From a virus (taxonomy: Duplodnaviria; Caudoviricetes): a stretch of 40,551 nt of DNA. Both the position numbers and the translations under genes were made by a program. Position 1 is the stretch's first letter; every line of letters starts with the position of its first letter. This document shows positions 1 through 8,727 of this stretch, in pieces. The DNA is taken from positions 1 to 40,551 of IMG/VR virus record IMGVR_UViG_3300033562_000804, one strand, 5' to 3'. Under the pieces are notes generated by a model. That model did no database searches. It was not told where the DNA came from and saw nothing but the letters and a program-made list of their open reading frames with translations.

Positions 1-1
1 A

Positions 2-694
2 ATTAAATTAGGTGCAAACCTAGATGGTGCAAACCTATATGGTGCAAACCTAGATGGTGCAAACCTATATGGTGCAGACCTAAGTGGTGCAAACCTAGAT
101 TGTGCATACCTAGATGGTGCAAACCTAAGAGGTGCATACCTAAATGGTGCAAACCTATATGGTGCAAACCTAGATGGTGCAAACCTAGATGATGCAAACC
201 TATCTCGTGCAAACCTATATGGTGCAAACCTATCTCGTGCAAACCTATATGGTGCAAACCTAGATGATGCAAACCTATATCGTGCAAACCTATATGGTGC
301 AAACCTAGATGGTGCAAACCTAGATGGTGCAAACCTATCTCGTGCAAACCTAGATGAAAAAGAATTGCCGAGAAAAGGTTATATTGTAAAGGAAGATTTT
401 ACTGCTTATAAAAAATGTAATAATAAAGACATAGTCGAACTAAAAATACCAAAAGGAGCAATAGTTTTTTCAATAAATAATGCAAAATGTAGAACAAATA
501 AAGCACAAGTAGTTTCTATAAATGGTAAAAAAGGAAAAGAGTTAATTACATATAGTTATTATAATGAAAGTTTCAGTTATAAAGTTGGGCAAAAAATTGA
601 AATTGAAGATTTTGATTTAATGTATAATATCGAATGTTCGACAGGAGTTCACTTTTTTAAAACTAAACAAGAAGCGGAATGGTATAGATTTTAA
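2..694 (+). CDS. Pentapeptide-repeat protein with a C-terminal DUF5758-like domain (5'-truncated by the window edge)
   Basis: Frame 2 is open from base 2 (IKLGANLDGANLYGANLD...RANLDEKELPRKGYIVK) and runs into listed ORF 365..694. It has A-[ND]-L-x-x repeats, then KCRTNKAQV...FDLMYNIECSTGVHFF, typical of phage DUF5758. Confidence 0.9.
   Translation: MKLGANLDGANLYGANLDGANLYGADLSGANLDCAYLDGANLRGAYLNGANLYGANLDGANLDDANLSRANLYGANLSRANLYGANLDDANLYRANLYGANLDGANLDGANLSRANLDEKELPRKGYIVKEDFTAYKKCNNKDIVELKIPKGAIVFSINNAKCRTNKAQVVSINGKKGKELITYSYYNESFSYKVGQKIEIEDFDLMYNIECSTGVHFFKTKQEAEWYRF
11..355 (+). repeat. 15-bp tandem repeat, 23 units, consensus GGTGCAAACCTAGAT
   Basis: Directly visible; encodes the GANL[DY] pentapeptides. 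Confidence 0.95.
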
Positions 695-1134
695 TGTTGA
701 TATATAAAAAAGGTGATGTCTTAAAAAGCAGTTGCAACATTATTTGCCACCAGGTAAATACAAAAGGAATATTCGGAGGTGGACTTGCTTATCAAATTAA
801 GCAGTCTTACCCACAATGTGAAAAAGATGCTATGGCAATTGCAGAAATAAATACATTAGGAATTTATGGATTAAGTAAAATAAATGATACACAATATATC
901 GCAAATTGTTTTAGTCAAAATAGTGATTATTCAACAAATTATATTGCTATGAGAACTATATTTGAAAGCTTACTAACAAAATGTAAAGAAAATAATTATT
1001 CAATATGTTGCCCTTATAAATATGGTTGCGGGATCGCCAGTGGTGATTGGGAAATAGTAGTTAAAATATTAGAGGACATATTCATTGATTATGATTTATA
1101 TATTTATGAATTAGAGGCACTAAATGAAAACTAA
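694..1134 (+). CDS. Macro domain protein (ADP-ribose binding/hydrolase)
   Basis: KGDVL...IICHQVNTKGIFGGGLAYQIK and PYKYGCGIASGDW are the two glycine-rich macrodomain loops. Confidence 0.88.
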   Translation: MLIYKKGDVLKSSCNIICHQVNTKGIFGGGLAYQIKQSYPQCEKDAMAIAEINTLGIYGLSKINDTQYIANCFSQNSDYSTNYIAMRTIFESLLTKCKENNYSICCPYKYGCGIASGDWEIVVKILEDIFIDYDLYIYELEALNEN

Positions 1135-1216
1135 AACAACGAAACAAGACCTATACAAATTATTATGGATTATGATGTGTGCATTTTTAGTAATGTGTGC
1201 GTTTATTAGGATGTAA
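1124..1216 (+). CDS. 30-aa small hydrophobic protein, copy 1 (MKTKTTKQDLYKLLWIMMCAFLVMCAFIRM)
   Basis: Preceded by GAGG, overlaps the end of the macro gene, and has a near-identical copy at 11501..11593. Confidence 0.6.
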   Translation: MKTKTTKQDLYKLLWIMMCAFLVMCAFIRM

Positions 1217-1220
1217 AAAG

Positions 1221-1412
1221 ATGAAATATATAATTGAAAAGAAACATGGAGAAAAAACTAAATACTCTAAAAGAAGAATGTATCTTAAAGGTCTTGATCA
1301 CATTGTTACTTTTTCTGGAGAAGCTACCAAATATACAAAAGGTCATCTTTCTAAATTATACAAAAGATTTGGAAAAGATAATCTTATACTACACAAAGTA
1401 AAGGAGAGTTGA
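1221..1412 (+). CDS. Hypothetical basic protein
   Basis: Listed ORF 1197..1412; ATG at 1221 after AGGA is the more plausible start. Confidence 0.6.
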   Translation: MKYIIEKKHGEKTKYSKRRMYLKGLDHIVTFSGEATKYTKGHLSKLYKRFGKDNLILHKVKES

Positions 1413-1414
1413 AA

Positions 1415-1596
1415 ATGCAGTTATCGATATTTGATACAATGTACGAAAAAAAGATAGTTAAAAAACCAATACGACTTATAGAGGCATTTGGCGGATATGG
1501 AAGTCAACATTTTGCTTTAGAATATTTGGAGAATTATTAGGAATAGATTATAAATCAATAATAAATAATCATACAGAATCTTTAAAGGAGAATTAA
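1415..1596 (+). pseudogene. Internally deleted C5 DNA cytosine methyltransferase remnant
   Basis: AAGGAG RBS, then 1415..1540 encodes MQLSIFD...PIRLIEAFGGYGSQHFALEYL (motif I, FxGxG). Another frame from 1522 reads IFGELLGIDYKS...KEN* to 1596, resembling the MTase C-terminus. Confidence 0.75.
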
Positions 1597-1597
1597 A

Positions 1598-2005
1598 ATG
1601 CAACTAAAAGAAGAAAAACAATTAGAAAGTATAGATAAGATCAAAATTTTAATAGAATCTTACGATCAATTAGAAGATTACTTTAACGGATTATCTAATG
1701 ATTTAAGTATTAAAGATAAACAATTTAGTGATTTATATCATACTATAAAAGATGCAAAGCTAAATTCTAATAATGCTTATAAGTTTTGTAGAGAAATAAA
1801 GCAAATTTCAAACAAAAGAGCTGAAATTAAAAAGAATATAGCAATAAAAGACACATTTTATCAACATAAAAACAAGATGGAAAATAAAAGTAATCGTGGT
1901 CTTTTAAATAATGAAGTACATAGAAAGGGAAAAACTCTAAACTACCAGTATATAAACAGAATATATACTGAAGAAGATATTAGAGAAATATTAGGTGATA
2001 AATGA
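1598..2005 (+). CDS. Hypothetical helical phage protein
   Basis: 135-aa ORF with AAGGAG RBS. Confidence 0.75.
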   Translation: MQLKEEKQLESIDKIKILIESYDQLEDYFNGLSNDLSIKDKQFSDLYHTIKDAKLNSNNAYKFCREIKQISNKRAEIKKNIAIKDTFYQHKNKMENKSNRGLLNNEVHRKGKTLNYQYINRIYTEEDIREILGDK

Positions 2006-2232
2006 AAAAACTTACAAAAAAACAAAGAATTGTTTTAGATTTCATAAAAGATTTTATGTTAGATAACGGTTATGCACCATCAGTAAGAGAGATTGGAATA
2101 GGACTAAACTTATCTTCTCCAGCTACTATTCATGGTTATTTGAAAAGACTTAAAGAAAAAGATTACATAGACTATAAAGAAAATAAAAGTAGAACAATAA
2201 TTATACATTATAAAGATGAGCAGGAGGATTAA
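2002..2232 (+). CDS. LexA-type winged-helix DNA-binding domain protein (no peptidase domain)
   Basis: LTKKQRIVLDFIKDFMLDNGYAPSVREIGIGLNLSSPATIHGYLKRLKEKDYI...KSRTI closely follows the LexA N-terminal domain; ends at 76 aa. Confidence 0.88.
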   Translation: MKKLTKKQRIVLDFIKDFMLDNGYAPSVREIGIGLNLSSPATIHGYLKRLKEKDYIDYKENKSRTIIIHYKDEQED

Positions 2233-2455
2233 AGTGAATAAATTATTTAAAGATCAAAATGTTACGACTTATAAATTGCAAAAAGATTTAGGATTAACAC
2301 ATGATAGACTTTATAAATATACAAAATGTACTAGAAAAATAGAAAATATACCTACTGATTTATTGCTTAAAATATCACATTATTTTAAAATTGAAGTCAA
2401 TAAAATGTATAAAGATATGTTAGATTATCAAAAAGAAAAAATTATTAAAAAATAG
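2216..2455 (+). CDS. HTH (XRE-like) transcriptional regulator
   Basis: KLFKDQNVTTYKLQKDLGLTHDRLYKY...LLKISHYFKIEV fits the Cro/CI-type pattern. Confidence 0.7.
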   Translation: MSRRIKVNKLFKDQNVTTYKLQKDLGLTHDRLYKYTKCTRKIENIPTDLLLKISHYFKIEVNKMYKDMLDYQKEKIIKK

Positions 2456-2457
2456 CA

Positions 2458-2486
2458 TTGACTTATTATAATTTGTGATATATAAT
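2458..2486 (+). promoter_or_regulatory. Sigma-A/70 promoter for the cro-like and replication operon
   Basis: TTGACT-17 bp-TATAAT, followed by RBS AGAAAGGTAGGTG. Confidence 0.8.
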
Positions 2487-2513
2487 CAATATAGATAGAA
2501 AGGTAGGTGTGCT

Positions 2514-2714
2514 ATGTATCAACTAAAAGATGATTTAGATTTAAAAAAATACTCTCAAACAAAATTAGCAGAAATAGTAGGATTAAATCGTGAAACAGTT
2601 AATAGGATATTTAATAGAAAACAGTTATGTAGTAAGCTAGTTGCTTATTGTATGACAAAATATTTTGATAGCAAAAAGGAAATAGAATACTTTTTCGTTA
2701 GAGTGGAAGTGTAG
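2514..2714 (+). CDS. Cro-like HTH XRE regulator
   Basis: YSQTKLAEIVGLNRETVNRIFNRKQ helix-turn-helix. Confidence 0.8.
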   Translation: MYQLKDDLDLKKYSQTKLAEIVGLNRETVNRIFNRKQLCSKLVAYCMTKYFDSKKEIEYFFVRVEV

Positions 2715-2716
2715 AA

Positions 2717-3442
2717 ATGAAAGATCCAGCATTTTTATTTTATAGTAGTGATTTCTTAACAGGAACTATGTTAATGACAAATGAAGAAATAGGTTCTTAT
2801 ATCAGATTACTATGTTTACAACATCAGCAAGGACATTTAAATAAAAAAGATATGATTGACATATGTAATTCAAGTGATAGAGTTATGAGAAAGTTTAAAG
2901 AAGATAGTTCTGGTTGTTACTATAATTTAAGATTAGAAGAAGAAACTTTAAAAAGACAAAAATATAGTGAAAGTAGAAGAAACAATAGATTAAAATCCTT
3001 AGAAACAAAAGAAAAAGAAGATAAAACTGTTAAAAAAGATATGATTGACATATGTAATTCATATGATGAACATATGGAAAATGAAAATGAAAATGAAAAT
3101 ATAATTGTAAATATAAATGATAATTTAATTAAAAATGTAGATATTAAAAAAATAATAGAATATCTAAATTTAAAAACAAATAGTAATTTCAAACATACTA
3201 CACAAAAAACAAAAAGTTTAATAAGTGCTAGAATCAAAGAAGGATTTAAAGAAGAAGATTTTTATAAAGTGATAGATACCAAAACATCTGAATGGTTAAA
3301 TGATAAAAAAATGAATATCTATCTAAAACCTGAAACTTTATTTAGTCCAAAATTTGAAGGATACTTAAATCAAAAACCAAAGAAAATGACAACAAGTGAT
3401 TTAAACATTGATATTAGTGATGTTATGAAAGGAATATTATGA
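2717..3442 (+). CDS. Replication initiator/replisome organiser (DUF1376/YdaU-like N-terminus, conserved phage C-terminal domain)
   Basis: KDPAFLFYSSDFLTGTMLMTNEEIGSYIRLLCLQ at the N-terminus; IIEYLN...ISARIKEGF...YLKPETLFSPKFEGYLNQ at the C-terminus. Confidence 0.85.
   Translation: MKDPAFLFYSSDFLTGTMLMTNEEIGSYIRLLCLQHQQGHLNKKDMIDICNSSDRVMRKFKEDSSGCYYNLRLEEETLKRQKYSESRRNNRLKSLETKEKEDKTVKKDMIDICNSYDEHMENENENENIIVNINDNLIKNVDIKKIIEYLNLKTNSNFKHTTQKTKSLISARIKEGFKEEDFYKVIDTKTSEWLNDKKMNIYLKPETLFSPKFEGYLNQKPKKMTTSDLNIDISDVMKGIL
2842..3061 (+). repeat. 31-bp exact direct repeat (2842-2872 and 3031-3061), candidate origin iterons
   Basis: TAAAAAAGATATGATTGACATATGTAATTCA occurs twice inside the initiator gene, followed by more CATATG motifs and GAAAAT repeats. 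Confidence 0.75.
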
Positions 3443-3831
3443 CAAAAGAAGAATTTATAAAAGGTTTAAAATATTTAGGAATAGCTTACAATCATAGTTT
3501 TTCACAAGATGAATCAATCGTATGGTATGACTTTTTTAAAAATTATTCAATATTAGTTTTCAATAATGCGATTAAAGATAGCATAGAAAATAATAAGTTT
3601 TTACCTAGAATATCTGATCTAACACAACTTTGTGATGAAAATAAAGTTAAGGTAAGATTTGTAATATTAGAAGAAATGAAATTAGATGGATATTTTAAAG
3701 ATGTTGGAGAATATGAAAAAGCATATACATGGTTAGAAAATAATACGATACCAAATTGGTTTAAAGATGAAATGAAAAAATATAAACAAAATATTTTGTC
3801 AAATAATAATAGTCAATTATCTTTGAATTAA
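3439..3831 (+). CDS. Replicative helicase loader/inhibitor (SPP1 G39P-like)
   Basis: MTKEEF...LGIAY...VWYDFFKNY...AIK...KFLPRISDL; ATGA-coupled to the initiator gene. Confidence 0.7.
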   Translation: MTKEEFIKGLKYLGIAYNHSFSQDESIVWYDFFKNYSILVFNNAIKDSIENNKFLPRISDLTQLCDENKVKVRFVILEEMKLDGYFKDVGEYEKAYTWLENNTIPNWFKDEMKKYKQNILSNNNSQLSLN

Positions 3832-3857
3832 AAATCAACTAAAAAGTAGGTCATATA

Positions 3858-4037
3858 GTGGCTCAAAAAACTCAAGGAAAACAATCTTTAGAAAAAATTA
3901 AAGATGAAATGATAGAAGAACTTACAAGAATACTTATAAAAACAGATCTCGAAGAAAGAAAAAACGGAGAAAAAATTTATGTTAGAAAGACTAGTTGTTA
4001 TAAAGATTTGATTAAATTTATAAAAGATTATTTATAA
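3858..4037 (+). CDS. Hypothetical 59-aa protein
   Basis: GTG start after AGGT, open to TAA; below the ORF-track cutoff. Confidence 0.45.
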   Translation: MAQKTQGKQSLEKIKDEMIEELTRILIKTDLEERKNGEKIYVRKTSCYKDLIKFIKDYL

Positions 4038-4173
4038 ACACATCAAACATAGTCCAAAAATAGCATATATTCTAATTATAAAGAACTTTATCTCCAAAGT
4101 TGAGCAAATACTCGCTTGAAAGATAAAATGTCTTAAACGGGCTTTTAAATAATAAATAAGAAAGGGATAAAAT

Positions 4174-4482
4174 GTGGAAGAAAGAGAATACGGTTCTAAT
4201 ATAACTTTAGAAACTAGAAAAGAGTCTTATGATATGTTAGACAAAAATAATAGATATAATCAAATTTTAACTATAATGAAAATTTTTGATATACCGATGA
4301 CAGCTAAAGAAATTGCAGTCGCTATGAAACAAAACGGATTTAGTTATAGTGATGATAGAAATGTGTCTGCACCTAGAATAAACGAGATGTTAGCAAACGG
4401 AAAATTAGATGTTGTTGGTAAAATTAAATGCCAATACTCAGGAAAGAAAGTATCGTGTTTCACGAAAAGAAAGGAAATATAA
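4174..4482 (+). CDS. Hypothetical, probable winged-helix DNA-binding protein
   Basis: AGAAAGGG RBS; PMTAKEIA...RNVSAPRINEM...GKLDVVGK. Confidence 0.65.
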   Translation: MEEREYGSNITLETRKESYDMLDKNNRYNQILTIMKIFDIPMTAKEIAVAMKQNGFSYSDDRNVSAPRINEMLANGKLDVVGKIKCQYSGKKVSCFTKRKEI

Positions 4483-4691
4483 TGGGAGAACAAGAAAAAA
4501 TCGAATATAAACCAATGAAATTAAATAAAGAACAAGAAGAAGCTAAAGCAATAGTCGATATGACTGATGAAGAAATATCTAAAATGTCATTTAAAGAAAA
4601 ACAAAAACATTTCAGAAATAGAAATAAATTATGCAAAGTAGTTTATTGTCATCCTTACAATATTCCGTTTAGAAAGGAGAAAAACATATGA
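4482..4691 (+). CDS. Hypothetical protein
   Basis: ATG at 4482 after AGAAAGGA; stop overlaps the next start. Confidence 0.65.
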   Translation: MGEQEKIEYKPMKLNKEQEEAKAIVDMTDEEISKMSFKEKQKHFRNRNKLCKVVYCHPYNIPFRKEKNI

Positions 4692-6646
4692 AAAACATAA
4701 AATTTAGTAGATTAGAAATTAAAAACTTTAGAAATATAAATGAACTAAGTTTTGATTTTAATAAAGATATTACTGAAATTGTTGCTAGTAATGGTAAAGG
4801 TAAAACAAATACCATGAGTGCAATTATGTGGTGTATTTTTGGAAAAGATATTAACGATAATAAATCATTTACAATTTCACCAATTATTGATGGAGTTGAA
4901 GATAATGGAATCAACACTGTTGTTAAGTTAATTATAAATGAAAATTATATAATTGAAAGAAGTTATTGCAAGAGAGTTACAACTCTAAAGACTGGTTATA
5001 TTATCGACAGTAAAGAACAACTTGTATCTAGTACACAAACTCAATTCAAGCAAGAATTATTAGAAAACTTTGTAGATGAAGAAACATTTAAGAGTTTATC
5101 AAATATAAACTATATTCCTAATCTTCATTGGAAAGAATTGAAAAAACTTATTTTCGATTTAATTGGAGATATTAAAGATGAAGAAATTTTATTAAGAGAT
5201 GACTTTTCTAAAATAGAAGAATATATTACAAGATTTGGAATTGACCAAACACAAAAATTATTGTCTGAAACCGATAAAGAGTTGAGCAATGATATTAAAA
5301 GATTGGAAACTGAATATCAAACATTATTAAATACAAAAGAAAAATATGTTGGTTCTGCTCAAGAAACTGAACAACTTGAAAAAAGAAAATTAGAGATTGA
5401 AAACGATTTATATTCTACTCAAGAAAAGCAAAATGAAAATAGTAAAGCTTTATCTTATTTTGAAAATAAAAAGAGAGAAATATCAAATTTAACTTATGAA
5501 AACAATAAAATCAAAAATGATATTGAATTTAATGAATCTAATATTAAAGAATATAAGGATTTATATGATAAGAACGGTTATGATGTTGAATTATTAAGAA
5601 ATACAGAAATTGACATACTTACTTATGAATTAAATAAAATAAATGATGATTTAGAATATTCAAAACAAGGTATTATAACTTATACAGAACAGTTAGAAAT
5701 TTATAAGACTGCTGGTAATAATCTTAAAAATAAAGAAATTAAAGTTGAAAACAATACTTGTAATTCTTGTGGACAAAATTTACCAGAACATATGGTTGAA
5801 GAAACACTTTCTAAATTAAAAAAAGAACATCTTGAAGAACTCGAAAGAATCAAAATAAAATATGATGAACTAAAAGATTTTATAAAATTAGCAGAAGATA
5901 AAGTTATAAAATTAGAAACCGAAATTAAATTAAAAGAAGTTGAAGTTGAAAATGTTAAAACAAAAGTTTATGACATTGATTCATCAAAAGAAACCGATAA
6001 ACAAAAACAATTAATAGTTGCTATGGAAACTAAAGAATTGCAAAATAATCAATTAAAAATAAGTTTATTAGAAAAAGAAAAAGAACTTGCAGAAAAAGAA
6101 AAAGAATTTGATAAATTAGAACTTCCTATCTCTATGCTTGATGATAACGATAATTTACCATTGAGATTAGAATTGAAAGAGATAAATGATAAATTAGCTA
6201 CAACAATTACTTTAAGTAAAATTAGTGAAGATGTTGAATCTACATTGGAAAAATTAAATTCTAAAAAAGACAACAAGATTTTAAATAAAGAAAAAATACA
6301 AGAGGCAATTAAATTTAATAACATTAAAGCAGAATTGCTAAAACAAAAAATTAGAAATTATTTCAAAGAAGTTAATTTTATTACTAAAGAATTTACTATT
6401 GATGGAACTGAACAAGAAACATTTAAGATAGCAAATGATAAAGGAATCGAATGGAAGGATGTAAACACAGGACATAAAATATTATTAAGTGTTGATCTTC
6501 TTCAAGGGATAATGAAAGCAAAAGACATCTATGTTCCCATTATTATCGATAACGGAGAAAATGTTACAAATGAAATTATTGTCGATAATACACAGTTGAT
6601 TTTAGCTAGAGCTTTAAAAGGCATAGATAAGATAGAAATCAAATAG
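4688..6646 (+). CDS. SMC/Rad50(SbcC)-like AAA ATPase of the phage recombination module
   Basis: LEIKNFRNI, Walker A (ASNGKGKT), long coiled coils with a central CxxC hook (CNSCGQ), Walker B (PIIIDNGE). Confidence 0.88.
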   Translation: MKNIKFSRLEIKNFRNINELSFDFNKDITEIVASNGKGKTNTMSAIMWCIFGKDINDNKSFTISPIIDGVEDNGINTVVKLIINENYIIERSYCKRVTTLKTGYIIDSKEQLVSSTQTQFKQELLENFVDEETFKSLSNINYIPNLHWKELKKLIFDLIGDIKDEEILLRDDFSKIEEYITRFGIDQTQKLLSETDKELSNDIKRLETEYQTLLNTKEKYVGSAQETEQLEKRKLEIENDLYSTQEKQNENSKALSYFENKKREISNLTYENNKIKNDIEFNESNIKEYKDLYDKNGYDVELLRNTEIDILTYELNKINDDLEYSKQGIITYTEQLEIYKTAGNNLKNKEIKVENNTCNSCGQNLPEHMVEETLSKLKKEHLEELERIKIKYDELKDFIKLAEDKVIKLETEIKLKEVEVENVKTKVYDIDSSKETDKQKQLIVAMETKELQNNQLKISLLEKEKELAEKEKEFDKLELPISMLDDNDNLPLRLELKEINDKLATTITLSKISEDVESTLEKLNSKKDNKILNKEKIQEAIKFNNIKAELLKQKIRNYFKEVNFITKEFTIDGTEQETFKIANDKGIEWKDVNTGHKILLSVDLLQGIMKAKDIYVPIIIDNGENVTNEIIVDNTQLILARALKGIDKIEIK

Positions 6647-6659
6647 AAAGGAAGTATTT

Positions 6660-6863
6660 ATGAAAATCAGTACAATGTATCTATTATTGATAATTGGTTG
6701 GTTCGTTGCAGCATTACCTATAAATGTTATAGCATTTGTTTTTGCTACCCAAGAATCAAAAAAAGAACATACCGACAACGAAAAGATTTTAATAGGTATT
6801 GCACAAGTAATTAGTGCTTTAATATCTGTTGGAATGTTGATTTATTTGTTAGGAATTATTTAA
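6660..6863 (+). CDS. Small two-TM membrane protein
   Basis: AGAAAGGAAG RBS; two hydrophobic segments. Confidence 0.7.
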   Translation: MKISTMYLLLIIGWFVAALPINVIAFVFATQESKKEHTDNEKILIGIAQVISALISVGMLIYLLGII

Positions 6864-6881
6864 AAAAGAAAAGGAGAAATT

Positions 6882-7733
6882 ATGGAAAACGAATTAAAAG
6901 AACAAACACAAAAAATAACACCAAAAGAAACACAAAATTCTATATCTAAAAGCGAAGCTGCTAGTCAATTAGGATTAGTAGTACCTAAGAATGTATCAGA
7001 TTTAGTTAGTAACACTATTGCTCAATATATCGAAAGAGGACTTACATTACCTACTGACTATAATGTTGAAAATGCAGTAATAAGTTCTTATATGATTATT
7101 CAAAATGATGAAAAACTTAAAAATTGTTCTAGAGAAAGTATTGCATCAACTTTAATTGATATGGTTACTATGGGATTGAACGCAAGTAAAAAACAATGTT
7201 ATTTTATTCCTTATAGTGGTCAATTACAATTAAGTCCATCTTACTTTGGAAAGATCACAGCTATTAAAAGAATTAGAGGAGTTATAGATGTTGTTTCAGA
7301 TATTATTTATGAAGGAACTCAATATGAACTTTCTAATGATGAATATGGTAATGATGAAATAACTATTACAAACCCTTGTCCGTTAGGAGAAAGAAAATTA
7401 GAGAAGATTGTTGGTGCATGGTGTAAAATAGTTTTAGATAAGTCAGTATGGGACAAAGAAACATATACTACACTTATGACAATGGAACAAATTGAAAAAT
7501 CTTGGAATCAAGGAGCTATGAAAGGTAAATCACCTGCTCATATTAACTTTAGAGATGAGATGAGTAAAAAGTCAGTTATCAATAGATGTTGCAAAAATTT
7601 TGTTAATAGTGCAAAAGATAATGATGTTCTAATTGAGGCAATCAATAGAAGTATTGAAGTAGATTATAACAAACAAAGTGATAAAACAAACAATAAAGTT
7701 GTAGGAGAAATCAAAACTATTGATTTTGAATAG
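6882..7733 (+). CDS. recT: RecT-family single-strand annealing recombinase
   Basis: CSRESIASTLIDMVTMGLNASKKQCYFIPY...SYFG...EMSKKSVINRCCK. Confidence 0.92.
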   Translation: MENELKEQTQKITPKETQNSISKSEAASQLGLVVPKNVSDLVSNTIAQYIERGLTLPTDYNVENAVISSYMIIQNDEKLKNCSRESIASTLIDMVTMGLNASKKQCYFIPYSGQLQLSPSYFGKITAIKRIRGVIDVVSDIIYEGTQYELSNDEYGNDEITITNPCPLGERKLEKIVGAWCKIVLDKSVWDKETYTTLMTMEQIEKSWNQGAMKGKSPAHINFRDEMSKKSVINRCCKNFVNSAKDNDVLIEAINRSIEVDYNKQSDKTNNKVVGEIKTIDFE

Positions 7734-7772
7734 AATATTATTTATTTGGAAATATGAATGTGAGGTGATAAA

Positions 7773-8528
7773 ATGATGTCTTTAAAAGTTTATGGTTCAT
7801 CATCAAAAGGTAATTGCTATTTATTTTCTACAAGCACAACTAATATTTTATTAGATTGTGGAGTTAAAAATATAGAAGAAAAAATAGACTTAAAAAATTT
7901 AGATGGAATACTATTAACCCATAGGCATCTTTGACTAGACCATATTGGTGGAATAGCAAAAGCTAAAGACTATTACAAAGGTAATTACTATGGCAATAAT
8001 GATACATTAGATGTCTTGCCGATAATAGATGAATATAAGAAAGTGGTTATTGAAGGGGAAAAGTTTGAAATAAAAGATTTGACAATAATTCCCTTTTCAT
8101 TAGTCCACGATGTTCCTATATTTGGTTACTTGATTAAAGATAAAATAAGTGGTTATAAAATTGTATATATAACCGATACAGGTATGATAGATAACCTATC
8201 ATTTAAAGATGTAGATTGCTATGTGTGTGAAAGTAATTGTGATGAAGATAATATTGATTATGAAGATGCAAAATCAGTTCGTGTCTATGAAACACATTTA
8301 TCTATGCAACAAACAGCAAGGTTCTTATACAATAATGTAAATCATAATACTAAGCATTGTATTTTAGTTCATATATCAAGCAAAGAAGAAGATTATTTAA
8401 AACATCAAAGACATATTGAATCATATCTTGAAAATGAAAAATTAAATATAATTGCTATAGATCAAAAATTAAAAGAACCGTTAGAAATAGTTTTAAAAGA
8501 AGAAATTGGAGGATTTGATTTTGACTAA
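7773..8528 (+). CDS. MBL-fold metallo-hydrolase (YycJ-like exonuclease) with an in-frame TGA at 7932-7934; recoded or pseudogene
   Basis: GAGGTG RBS; GSSSKGNCY...LLDCG...LLTHRHL*LDHIGG continues in frame into listed ORF 8016..8528 (HDV, YITDTG, ESN, THLS, LVHIS motifs). Confidence 0.85.
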
Positions 8529-8727
8529 AAAAGATAAAATATATATTATGGAAAACATTATAGATATTGAGAAAAAAATATATATAAGCCAATATATGAT
8601 TATAGCTATATTAAAATCATTCAAACTTTCAAAAAAAGAATTTGATTTGATAATGATAGATGCCGAAAAAAGTTATTTAGAAATTATAAGTAAAGGTAGT
8701 GTTGAAAGTGAAAATAATGACAAATAA
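8521..8727 (+). CDS. Hypothetical protein
   Basis: TTG at 8521 after GGAGGA, within listed ORF 8506..8727. Confidence 0.6.
   Translation: MTKKDKIYIMENIIDIEKKIYISQYMIIAILKSFKLSKKEFDLIMIDAEKSYLEIISKGSVESENNDK

Noticed and set aside
3-347. His-rich ORF (HHLGL repeats) on the minus strand
   Set aside because: It is the antisense shadow of the pentapeptide-repeat gene.
11-355. CRISPR array
   Set aside because: The repeats are contiguous 15-mers with no spacers and encode protein.
7932-7934. Genetic code 4 (TGA=Trp) or selenocysteine
   Set aside because: Many genes end in TGA with ATGA overlaps, Trp is encoded by TGG, and inserting a residue would not restore HxHxDH spacing.
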